A stretch of DNA of 64,000 bases. Origin: Octopus sinensis (lineage: Eukaryota). Below are positions 28,842-41,425 of the stretch, piece after piece (position 1 is the stretch's first letter; every line of letters begins with the position of its first letter). The translations under genes were made by a program, and so were the position numbers. The DNA is taken from the NCBI RefSeq assembly GCF_006345805.1, contig NC_043017.1:28272001-28336000 (forward strand). Reading direction: 5' to 3'. The notes below the pieces were generated by a model. That model saw only the letters and a program-made list of their open reading frames with translations. It was not told where the DNA came from and made no database searches.

Positions 28842-31348
28842 GACTGAACTGACTGAAACAAGTAAAGAGAGAGATAGTATATCGGTTTAGGCCTCCTTGA
28901 AATTGTATTTTACTATACATTTGAAACTATTGGAGCTGTCACTAAAAAATACATACTAAAACATAGAATGATCATTTATTCTGAAATCTAAGAAGCATTT
29001 TTTTATAGATCAAACAACAGCGAGGTTATCGAGCAGACATACTGAACGCTCTAGCAAAAACTTGCTCTCATATATATCACAATTTCACTACGAGATTGTT
29101 TACACTTTCTTTTTATAACGCTGACGAAATATTGTTGCTTGCTTGAATGACCAGTCTTTTTTCTAGTAAGCCATCCAGGTGAACGTTTGTGTAATCAGAC
29201 TTACTGAAATTAGATAGGATGTCCTCTACTAATTCAGAGTGAGTTCTTTATCTTATGATTACCAAAGCAGTTTTAAGTGTTGTCAAATCGAGGATTATAT
29301 TGAAGAGTCGATTTTGATCTTTAAATCCCCTCAATGTTTATCTATTATAATCTCTCTCATTTACGATCCACCAAAATATCGGTTTTATGGCTGTGAGCTA
29401 GCAGAATTGTTAGCATGCCGTGTGAAGTGATTAGCGGCATTTCGTCCGTTTCTACGTTGACTTTGCCTTTCATCCTTTCGGCATCGATGCCAACTGAGTA
29501 CTGAAATCGATGTAATCGACGTACATACTTTTCCGAAAATGGTAACCTTCTGCCAAAATTTGAAACCAATATTGGAGGTGATATAGCATCAAAACGGATG
29601 AATGTTTCTTTTTCGTTCAGTGCCCCAAATATAAACAAGAACAGGTCTAACTTCTCAAGGCCCCAATGTGTAAAGTAAACCATGTTATCATATCTTAGCG
29701 CATGAATGTAAACTTCAATATATAAAGAGATATGATATATCTCCAAGTCTATATATTATAGGGAAACAATCATAAGAGACATGTGGAATCAGTGCTTCAA
29801 ATATATACAAGAAGGCTCCCAAATGTAGCCCCTAATTTCAGCGCATGAGTGGAAACCTCGGAATTAAAAGGGACTTGATTACATTCTCTATTTCCAAATC
29901 TATAGCTTATTGATAAAACTGCAGGATACAGAATGAATACCCTAAATGTATACACGATCACGACTAACTTTCAAGCCATTTAAACGTGCAAGTGGAGATT
30001 TCAGCTTAAAATGTAGAGTGTGTAGGAGAAATTCAAGCATGCTCCAAAGCAATGACCCAATTAATCACAAAATTATGTCGATAATCAACGTCACCAAACT
30101 GACATCCTTGCAATGTTTACAACAAAACTGGACTTAATCGTAGATAGGAATGTTGAAATTATAGCCAAAGCAAAAACAATTCTACCTTTTACCTCATTGC
30201 CTTCTAACCAACGCATTTGAAATCTTTGTTGCGCTTATGCGACGCCATCGCAGAAGGGAAATCTATAATCGAATAGGATTATTCATTTTAGGCAACTGTC
30301 TAGCTAAATTTAACGTTATAGAATTTAAAATATACAGGAACAGCAGTGTACTATTAACCCGCAATAATAATTAGCACAGATTGGAGCGACATAGAGATGA
30401 TTAAATTAACACTTTCAAAGGATTTGACCTTAAAATTACACTGAACACAAATCCCAGCCTAGTGAATCACATGCATATACAAATCAGGAAATATGGCTTT
30501 GACTAATGTAACACTGAAAAGCGTAGGTGAAATTAGCTTCATTACACCAGTTCTCAAAACAGTGTCTTTCGCAAGAATTAAGCTCGGAAAGTCAATATAA
30601 ATTTAGGAAAATGCAGCGGACTGTTGTATTTCAATCATACTATTTCAACGGTCAATAAGACCTCACGTATCAATTATTAATTCTAATGATTTCGATTAGG
30701 TCCTTTTGTGTTATATCTATAATATTGCTAATAATATTATCATAGTCAGAATATGTCAATAGTATTTTGATTCAGTTACTTAGCTTTTTACGAAACTACC
30801 AGATATCAGCAGCTCTCACACAGATATTTATATATATTGGAAGGTTTGGAGATGATGTACAGGTATTTTATATGAGAAGAAATGAGGTACTCAGAAAATC
30901 GGATGGTTTATATTTACAGATATATATTTGTATTTTTTATACATCATATAACTTAGATCATGTATTAGCGCTTTCTCCCATTCTAGTGGGGTTTTCAAAT
31001 CAAATCGTTTATATATATATATATATGGTATATATATATATATATATGCAGTAAATACTAAAATCAGAGCTGTAAAATTTACGTAATTTCTCGGTAAGAT
31101 AATGTTATTCATTCAGTCAGTGAGTAAATATTTCATTTTCTACATACCTTTACGCTACATCTCTAGTTTTCTGTTAGTGGAATATATGAAAATTGCAACA
31201 GTTACAGTTATTTGTATGTTATATGAACACAATGAATTCATACGTATATATATTTCTATATATATATGTATAAATCTAATATACAGTCCCTAAGATATGA
31301 CACACTAATTGCTCTGATACAAAACTATTAAACATTTTACAATTTCAG

Positions 31349-31544
31349 GAGAAGCCATATGTGATGGTTAAAGATGAAAATGCCGAGGGGAATAGTCGGT
31401 ACGAAGGATTCTGCGTAGATTTGCTGCATGAGATAGCACAAATTGTTGGATTTGAGTATATAATTGAGTTGGTGCCCGATGGCAAATATGGCGCCCCAAA
31501 TGACAATCTGGAGTGGGATGGAATGATACGACATTGATTGACAG
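31349..31544 (+). CDS. GRIK2-like: iGluR exon A, start of S1 ligand-binding segment (contains apparent frameshift/TGA near 3' end)
   Basis: tttcag acceptor then [61 protein letters not shown], matching iGluR S1 motifs ([14 protein letters not shown], WxGM). In-frame TGA at 31535-31537; a shifted frame continues L-I-D-R up to the gtaaat donor at 31545. Confidence 0.9.
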
Positions 31545-31597
31545 GTAAATTAATATTTTACTTTCATTTTTCATTGTATTATTGATATATATAATAT

Positions 31598-31634
<37 letters not shown>

Positions 31635-31998
31635 GCTTGTTTACATTGTCAGTGTTATTATGTGTTTTGAATTTCTATATATGTATATTTGTATGCAAAT
31701 GAAAACGTTATAAAAACTTGGGTCATACGTGAATATACAAGTCCACTACTTAAATTTAGATGTATGGTTCCATCTTATTACGTATGTTACGTAAATATAT
31801 ATGCAAAAATTGCATCTGTCGATCCATCTATTTATCTATCAATCTCTGTGATATATATATATAATATATATAATATATATATATGTCATATATATATATA
31901 TATAGATATATATAGGTCATATATATATATATATTATATATATATACATATATTGTATGTACGTAGTATATATATATATACATATATGTATGTACGTA

Positions 31999-32033
<35 letters not shown>

Positions 32034-32070
32034 TATTTATATATATAGTATATGTATGTACGTAGTAATA

Positions 32071-32109
<39 letters not shown>

Positions 32110-32690
32110 CATATATGTATGTATTATATATATCATATACGTATGTAGTATATATATATCATATATATATATCTTATGTATATTTGTGGGGGCGCACATA
32201 ATGGATGATTTACATTTTTTATGGATAGTATATGTGTATGTGTGTGTGTCTGTGTGTGTGCGCGCGCACTGGTATGTGCTTGCGTGTGTTTGTGTGCGTG
32301 TATTCGCGTGTGTATACTTCTGTGCAACGCTGTATATATTTATGCGTTCTTGTGCGTGTGTAAGAATATATATTTCGCTATTGCAATAATGCCAAAATTA
32401 ATAATAATAGTCATAGAACATCGAATTGCTGGCAAGGTATTGAAACACAAATTATATTGAAATGTATTTAATGTTTGAAACGTTTCCTTTCAAGATAGTC
32501 TTGTCAATAGACTTTGCAGGAACAATGTATAGTGCCAATGATAATAATGTGGCCAATTCCTCGTATTTCGCAAATAGGATGCGTGTTTATTAGATGTGTT
32601 AATTGTGTCAGCGTGTGTATTTGTAAATATTTACCTGATTTCCTCAATAGATATACGAGCATGTTTGTGTAACATACATAAATATGAACG

Positions 32691-32733
<43 letters not shown>

Positions 32734-33250
32734 TACATATATATATAACAATTATATATATATACATATATATATATACATATATACATGCGTGTGTGTG
32801 TATGTGGGTGGCATATATACGAGTGTCTAGATAAGTGTGTTAAACATTGTATATATAGGTGAACACATACACACACGTATGAGAATATATATATGATTAT
32901 ATGTTTGTGTGATTGTGTGTATGTATATGCGTATATGAATGTATATACATGTCGAGAAATATATATACATATGTGTGTAATCTACACTATATGTACATAT
33001 GTTATATATATATATATTATATTTGTATGTATGTGTACATGTTATTAGATGTATTTGTGTATGAGTGTATATGAGTGCGCGTGTGTGTTATGCGCAACGC
33101 ACTGTTAATCAGAAATATTTCAAATTTTACAAAGCCTAGCTGTGTGAGGGAAATAAGAACACAAATGCACGCCGCTGAAGAGCATATAAGAAATGTGCTT
33201 TTATTCCTGTGTCTCTCATTTCTTTGATAAACGTATATATCGTATATATA

Positions 33251-33650
33251 GGCGCAGGAGTGGCTGTGTGGTAAGTAGCTAGTTTACCAACCACATGGTT
33301 CCGGGTTCAGTCCCACTGCGTGGCACCTTGGGTAAGTGTCTTCTACTATAGCCTCGGGCCGACCAAAGCTTTGTGAGTGGATCTGGTAGGCGGAAACTGA
33401 AAGAATCCCATCGTATATATGTATATATATATGTGTGTGATGTATGTTTGTGTGTCTGTGTTTGTCCCCCTAGCATTGCTTGACAACCGATGCTGGTGTG
33501 TTTACGTCCCCGTCACTTAGTGGTTCGGCAAAAGAGACCGATAGAATAAGTACTGGGCTTAGAAAGAATAAGTCCCGGGGTCGAGTTGCTCGATTAAAGG
33601 CGGTGCACCAGCATGGCCGCAGTCAAAATGACTGAAACAAGTAAAAAGAG
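33251..33650 (+). mobile_element. SINE family A
   Basis: Full match to the family A pattern. Confidence 0.9.
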
Positions 33651-33938
33651 AAAAAAGAGAAAAAGAGATAAACATTCATAGGCGCGCACATATTTATATG
33701 TGTAGGTACTAATAATAACAGTAAGAACAGCAACAACAATAATAATAATCTTATAGTTAGAGAAAATGAAGGAATTGTCCCTTGATTATTTATATACAGA
33801 TTCAAATTTTCCATGGAAATGAAATGAAATTGGACGACAGAATAAAATAATAAAATATATTTATGTTATTACGCTAAAGTGTTTATACACTACAGGAGGA
33901 TGTTTTAACTAAAACGTTATTTTTCATATACATGTGTA

Positions 33939-34029
33939 GGCGCAATGGCCCAGTGGTTAGGGCAGCGGACTCGCGGTCGGAGGATCGCGGTTTCGATTCC
34001 CAAACCGGGCGTTGAATGTGTTTATTGAG
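33939..34029 (+). mobile_element. tRNA-like head of a fourth SINE family (D), truncated
   Basis: ggcgcaatggcccagtggttagggcagcggactcgcggtcggaggatcgcggtttcgattccc has A/B-box-like motifs but no complete acceptor stem. Confidence 0.6.
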
Positions 34030-34044
34030 TATTTGTTTTCGAGT

Positions 34045-34278
34045 CACGGTGGCAAGCTGGCAGAAACGTTAGCGCGCCGGGCGAAATGCTTAGCGGTATT
34101 TCGTCTGCCGTTACGTTCTGAGTTCAAATTCCACCGAGGTCGACTTTGCCTTTCATCCTTTCGGGGTCGATAAATAAAGTACCAGTTTCGCACTGGGGTC
34201 GATGTAATCGACTTAATCCCTTTGTCTGTCCTTGTTTGTCCCCTCTATGTTTAGCCCCTTGTGGGCAATAAAGAAATA
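34045..34278 (+). mobile_element. SINE family B with 15-bp TSD
   Basis: TSD tatttgttttcgagt at 34030-44 and 34279-93. Confidence 0.9.
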
Positions 34279-34914
34279 TATTTGTTTTCGAGTGTCGCTT
34301 TGCTATACTCTATTTTCATCATCTATCCATGGGCAATATTGTTTAGGCTTAAACCCATAATACAAAATTTACTCTTCCTTTTCCTTTTCCGTGCTAACGA
34401 TTCTGTCAACTCTCAGCCCTCGTTAACTTCATAATAATAACAACGATTGCAAACTACTGTGCCTCCTAAACGGTCGCAAATTCTTTATTGGGAAGCTGCC
34501 CGCAAAATATCCAATTATTTCTCTATCATTTCGTTGGAGTATGATATTTAAGCAACTCTCACGACAAAACGGACGACCTCCTGGGTTTTACTTATTTTCA
34601 TAATATGGTCAAATGTAGTGCGATTCTCAGCGATGCAGCTAATCCAGGAAACCTGTCGCTCTGCAATAAGGCTTTTGAGAGCATTCAGCGCAATAATTAT
34701 AATTTCCTCCCGAGCATTTTCACACATAAACAATCAGAGAGAAACAAACAGACATATATTTGCGCGTTAGTGTATATAAACAAAATGCACATACATTGTG
34801 CATATATATATATATATATAGATAGATATATAGATAGATATAGATATATAGATAGATAGATATATAGATAGATATATAGATAGATAGATATACATAGATA
34901 TAGATATATAGATA

Positions 34915-35080
34915 GATAGATATACATTGTACGTGTTTATATATAAAAAAAATATATATATATATAGATGTATGGATAGATATACATTGTACGTGTTTAT
35001 ATATCAAAAAAAAAAAAATATATATTATATATAAGATGATAGATAGAATATACATTGTACGTGTTTATATATCAAATATA

Positions 35081-35118
<38 letters not shown>

Positions 35119-35160
35119 TGTATAGATAGATTTAAATTGTACGTGTTTATATATCAAATA
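34915..35160. repeat. Minisatellite tacattgtacgtgtttatatat
   Basis: Four units seen directly. Confidence 0.85.
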
Positions 35161-35599
35161 TATGATATATATATACATACACACACACACACACATTGTG
35201 TGTATATACATGATATATACATTATATATATATATATATATGTATATAGATAGACAGACGGACAGACAAATATATTTAATTAGAATATATTGATACATGA
35301 TACACAAAGAACTCAAAATAGAAATAGAAGTTTGATATATATTTACATTTAGTTATGAGTGTATGTATATTATTTACGTGTCTTTGTATGTGTGAATGTA
35401 TGCGTGTACGTGTGTGTGTATTTTTTGTATTACATCTTGGATGTACTAAGATGTAAGAAGAACCATTCTTTCGTTTGTATATATTTCATTATATCTGTAG
35501 CAGCTGCCAATTTCTCTGGATCGTTATTTCGATTTGGGCCGTCATCAATCATCTGTCTCTCTTTCTCTGTCTCTTTCTCCCTATCTCTGTCTGTCTTTC

Positions 35600-35709
35600 T
35601 CTTTATATATATATACACATATACATACATATATATATATATACATATACATACATATATTATATATATATATAATATACATATACATACATATATATAT
35701 ATATTACAT

Positions 35710-35792
<83 letters not shown>

Positions 35793-36790
35793 CATATACA
35801 TACATATATATAATATGTACATATACATACCTATATATATATATATACTATACATACATAATATATATACATATACATACATATATATAACATACAATAC
35901 ATATATATATATACATATACATACATATATATATATATACCATACATATATTATATATACAATACATACATATATATACATAATATATATATACATACAT
36001 ATATATATATATATACATATACATACATATATATATAATTATATACATATACATACATATATAATATACATATACATACATATTATATATACATATACAT
36101 ACATACTATATATATATATACATATACATACATATATATATACATATACATACATATAATATATATACATAATACATACATATATATATATATACATATA
36201 CATACATATACATACATATAATACATATACATATATATACATATACCATACATATACATATATACATATACATACATATACATATACATACATATACATA
36301 TACATACATATACATACATATACGTATACATACATATACATACATATACATACACATACATACATACATATACATACATATACATACACATACATACATA
36401 CATATACATACATATACATACACATACATACATATACATACATAATATATATATATATATATATACATATACATACATATACATACATATACATACATAT
36501 ATATATATATACATACACAATACACATACATATACATATACATACATATATATTATATATCAATACAATACATATATATATATAATATTAATACATATAC
36601 ATTATAGATATACATAATATATACTATACATACCTATATATACATACATATACATATATATATATACATATACATACATATACATAAATATATATACATA
36701 TACATACATATACATAAATATATATACATATACATACATATATATACATATACATACACATACATACATATACATACATATATATATATA
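35600..36790. repeat. Long (TA)/(TACA) low-complexity tract
   Basis: Direct inspection; source of spurious Y/I/H/T ORFs. Similar tracts at 7100-7660, 8760-9480, 11050-11470 and elsewhere. Confidence 0.95.
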
Positions 36791-37544
36791 CATGTGCATT
36801 CGAATGTGTGTTTTTGTGTTTTTTTGCATGTCATGGTATATTTCTTTTAGTATTTATCAAACCCCTTTGGCTGTACGATATCATTATCTTATTTACCAAT
36901 CATCATAATTAAGAATGCCATCATCACAAGACATTAAGTAAATTAAAGCAAAAATATCGATAAATTCATTTAAACTGGCACCTTTAGTTATTAAGCCCTA
37001 TTGCCGAAATTAATATACTCACACCGTCATTATTTTCCCGCTTTTAGTATCACTATCAATATATTCCGGAAACCTATAATATTTTACCAATACTAATGCA
37101 GTCATAATAATAAAACGTTGCAACGGTTACTAATTTCCCACTCTGTATGCTAAAATTCCATCAACACTTTCTGACCATGAAAATTTTTGGAGCCAATAAA
37201 TTTTGCGAAATATTGAATATTAATAACTTTTTCCTCATAACTATCGTCCCTCGCTTTAAAATATTGTTATATTAAAATCTACATGATATACATTTTAAAT
37301 TCTCACCGTTAATATCTTGCTAACTTTCCTATATATACATTATTGATATTAACCTATCATTAATTCTTTTGCTGTAGTATGATAAATTACCAGTTTGAAA
37401 ATTGTACACATCCTTATTATCCTCCCAGCGTGAAAATACTCTCAGTAATAAACCTCTACTTCCATCAAAATATCTCACCATTAATAGCTTCCCTGGGTCC
37501 ATGTCTTGTCACTTTTACGTTCTTCTTAAAATCTATGGACCACT

Positions 37545-37935
37545 CTCTCTCTCTCTTTTACTTGTTTCAGTCATTTGACTGCGGCCATGCTGGAGCACCA
37601 CCTTTAGTCGAGAAAATCGACCCCGGGACTTATTTTTGTAAGCCCAGTACTTATTCTATCGGTCTCTTTTGCCGAACCGCTAAGTGACGGGGACGTAAAC
37701 ACACCAGCATCGGTTACGTCAAGCAATGCTAGAGGGACAAACACAGACATGTGTACCGTTCGCGATTTTTTCCTCTGTCTTCCCTTCTCTGGATCTTTCC
37801 TTCTATGTTTCCGACGAAGAGCTCCGCTGGAAACGTTAAATCCTCCTTCTTTCCTTTTTCTTGAGCGTCCAATAATACTATATTTGTTCCACGTCCTCGC
37901 GTTGTGTTTTTTTGTGCTTTCTTGTTTGGATTAAC

Positions 37936-37976
<41 letters not shown>

Positions 37977-38136
37977 GACAGGCTTCTTTCAGCTTCCGTC
38001 TACCAAATCCACTCACAAGGCTTTGGTCGGCCCGAGGCTATAGCAGAAGACACTTGCCCAAGATGCCACGCAGTGGGACTGAACCCGGAACCATGTGGTT
38101 GGTTAGCAAGCTACTTACCACACAGCCACTCCTGCG
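37545..38136 (-). mobile_element. SINE family A with 13-bp TSD and a nested insertion
   Basis: TSD tctatggaccact (37532-44) / tctatgtaccact (38137-49). Confidence 0.9.
37750..37938 (+). mobile_element. Short insertion with degenerate hammerhead-like motif, nested in the microsatellite of a family A SINE
   Basis: Non-SINE block between the two halves of SINE 37545-38136; TTT CCGACGA A GAGC TCC GCTG GAAA CGTT AAA at 37808-37840. Confidence 0.5.
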
Positions 38137-38903
38137 TCTATGTACCACTGAAATACATAACCGCATTAAAATATGCAAAATGAGGTACTGTCTCGAGGTC
38201 TCGGGCTCGTAGTGCCGTTTAGTCGGTTTCCACTGCAACACATCGGATTAAACCTCAGATTTTCTTTTATAAGATAAGATTAAGCGAGACTGAGAGATCT
38301 AGTCTAACAGTCAATGTCATCAATAGCTTCCCTGGGTCCATGTGTTGTCACTTTTAGGTTCTTCGTAAAATCTATGTACCACTGAAATACACAACCGCAT
38401 TAAAATATGCAAAACGAGGTACTGTTTTGAGTTCTCGTTCTCGTACTGCCGTTTAGTCGGTTTCCATTGCAACACATCGGATTGAACCTCGGATTTTCTT
38501 TTATAAGAGTAAGCAAGACTGGGAGATCTAGTCTAACGGCCAATGCCATCAATTGGTCTGTTTAAGAAACATTTATTATAAGAAAAGAAAGAGAAGTCAT
38601 CATGATCTTGTTCCATTCTTTTGTTTGGACTCAGTTTAATTATTTTCTTTGTAGACATTTTATTTCTTTCCTTTTCGTTCTGAGCGTGGCGTTGAAGGTG
38701 ATGGGGTAGTGGCGTATTTATTTTTAATTTTTATTTATTATTTTTTTTGCTTCTTTTTTTAATTCCGTATCCGGATTGGTTTCTACAGTTAATTGAATTA
38801 TACCGAAAGCCGTATGAAGTTAACCAGTGCAAGATGTTTCCAATGAATTCTGAATTTTCATTCAATTAGTCCAGTTAATAAAATGAATAATAATAATAAT
38901 AAC

Positions 38904-38935
<32 letters not shown>

Positions 38936-39602
38936 TGATGATGATAATAAAAAAATAATGATCATGATGATGATGAGAAAAAGAAAATTAGGAAGTACAA
39001 ATAGAAACTGGAAGAAAACAAAGACAATAATAATTCCTACCACTACTACTAATAATACTAATACCACTAATAATCAAACGGTTGCTACTATTGCTGCTGC
39101 TGCTGCTGCTGCGCCATGACTACGGCTGCAAGGATGAGGAGAATGTAAAAATGTGTTGGAGTGTACATAATCTTGTCCTTTCTTTAAATAGTCAAAATGA
39201 CAGGAACGATACCATTTCTAACCAGACGTGAGATTGGGGTGGAGAAGTGGGCCTCGAAGACAAAATGAAATACGGAAATAAAAGAAGGAATAAAAATGGA
39301 ACAAAAAAAAAAAGGCAGGAAAAGAGAAAGAGAAAGAAAGAGGAAGTAAAAATAAAAATAATTAAAAAAGATGAAACAACAAAAAGAAAGTTATATAACG
39401 AAATACCGCCAAGAAAATAAATATGCAAATTAACCGTGTAAATCAACGATTGCCACATTTCAAATAAATTCGGATTCTACACAAAAATAAAGACGGCGAT
39501 TTTTTTTTTATATATATATTTACAATATTTTACAAATTTGCCTACAATTTTAAATTTATGTTAATACTTTCTATTTCACATACTTTATTATTATTATTAT
39601 AA

Positions 39603-40318
39603 TGCGGCAAGCTGGCAGAAATGTTAGCACGCCGGGCGAAATGCGTAGCCATATTTTGTCTGCCGTTACGTTCTGAGTTCAAATTCCGCCGAGGTCGACT
39701 TTGCTTTCATTCTTTCGAGGTCGATTAAATAAGTATCGGTAACGCACTGGGGTCGATATAACCGACTTAATCCGTTTGTCTGTCCTTGTTTGTCCATAGG
39801 TATTTCGTCTGCCGGTACGTTCTGAGTTCAAATTCCGCCAAGGTCGACTTTGCTTTCATTCTTTCGAGGTCGATTAAATAAGTATCGGTAACGCACTGGG
39901 GTCGATATAACAGACTTAATCCGTTTATCTGTCCTTGTTTGTCCATAGGTATTTCGTCTGCCGGTACGTTCTGAGTTCAAATTCCGCCGAGGTCGACTTT
40001 CCTTTCATCCTTTCGGGGTCGATTAAATAAGTATCGGTTACGCACTGGGGTCGATATAATCGACTTAATCCGTTTGTCTGTCCTTGTTTGTCCTCTCTGT
40101 GTTTAGCCCATTGTGGGTAGTAAAGAAATAGGTATTTCGCCTGCCGTTACGTTCTGAGTTCAAATTCCGCCGAGGTCGACTTTGTCTTTCGTCCTTACGG
40201 GGTCGATAAATTAAGTACCAGTTACGCACTGGAGTCGATATAATCGACTTAATCCATTTGTCTGTCATTGTTTGTCCTCTCTGTGTTTAGCCCCTTGTGG
40301 GTAGTAAAGAAATAGGTA
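39603..40318 (+). mobile_element. SINE family B tetramer (one head, four bodies)
   Basis: Junction ataggtatttcg recurs at 39796, 39945 and 40128 (spacings 149 and 183 bp), and the array ends with ataggta at 40312. Confidence 0.9.
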
Positions 40319-40988
40319 CTACTTTATTTCTTCTAATGCAAAGATGAAAAGCAACAATGTCTCCGATGGTATCTTATTTTTAGAATGTAAAATGTCTCGC
40401 ATTGCATTGTTTGTCCTCTCTGTATTTAGCCCCTTGTGGGTAGCAAAGAAATAGGTATTTCATCTGTCGCTACGTTCGGAATTTAAATTCTACTGAGGTA
40501 GACCTTGCTTTTATCCTTTTGAGTCGATAAATATCGACCCTAGTGAAACACTACGGTCGATATAATCGACCAGTCCCCACCCCACAAAAACATTTGAGGC
40601 CTTGTGCCTCCACTAGAAATGATTATTATTACTATTATTATTATTTGAAATTGCAGCGGGGTCGAATCTGTCCCGCATCTTTTTGCGATCGATAAAATAA
40701 GTAACAGTTGGACAGAATTTCAGGCTTTGTGCATATACGACAAGGAATAATTATTAGTTTCATTTGGAAGGCGACGAGCTGGCAGAATCGTGAGCACGCC
40801 TGGAAAATTGCTCAGCGGCATTTCGTCTCTCTTCTTGTTCTGAGTTCAAACTCCGCCGAGGTTAAATTTGACTTTCATCTTTTCGGGGTCGATAAATTAA
40901 GTACCAGTCAAACACTGGTGTCGATGTAATCGACTTACCTGCGAAATTGCTGGCCTTGGAGCAAGATTTGAAACCATTATTATTATTA

Positions 40989-41176
40989 GGCGCAGGAGTG
41001 GCTGTGTGGTAAGTAGCTTGCTAACCAACCACATGGTTCCGGGTTCAGTCCCACTGCGTGGCATTTTGGGCAAGTGCCTTCTGCTATAGCCCCGAGCCGA
41101 CCAATGCCTTGTGAGTGGATTAAGTAGACAGAAACTGAAAGAAGCCTGTCGTATATATGTGTGTATATATATATAT

Positions 41177-41231
<55 letters not shown>

Positions 41232-41425
41232 TTGTCCCCCTAGCACTGCTTGACAACCGATGCTGGTGTGTTTACGTCCCCGTCACCTAGCGGGTCGGCA
41301 AAAGAGACTGATATAATAAGTATTGGGCTTACAAAGAATAAGTCCCGGGGTCGATTTGCTCGACTAAAGGCGGTGCTCCAGCATGGCCGCAGTCAAATGA
41401 CTGAAACAAGTAAAAGAGTAAAGAG
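40989..41425 (+). mobile_element. SINE family A
   Basis: Full match; directly preceded by a family B variant (about 40765-40975). Confidence 0.9.

Larger units (their letters stand above)
37482..38552. repeat. Two head-to-tail copies of a roughly 230-bp unit, the first interrupted by SINE A
   Basis: aatagcttccctgggtccatg recurs at about 37482 and 38322; ctgaaatac...gatctagtctaac recurs at about 38148 and 38382. Confidence 0.85.

Noticed and set aside
31535-31537. TGA as selenocysteine
   Set aside because: The position is not a conserved Cys in iGluRs, no SECIS was recognised, and a shifted frame restores the family consensus.
33939-34010. Possible functional tRNA genes (also SINE A and C heads)
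   Set aside because: No complete cloverleaf or acceptor stem; they continue into SINE bodies.
38858-39119. Poly-Asn/poly-Leu/poly-Ala ORFs (also 47576-47927)
   Set aside because: (AAT)n and (GCT)n simple repeats without splice or domain support.
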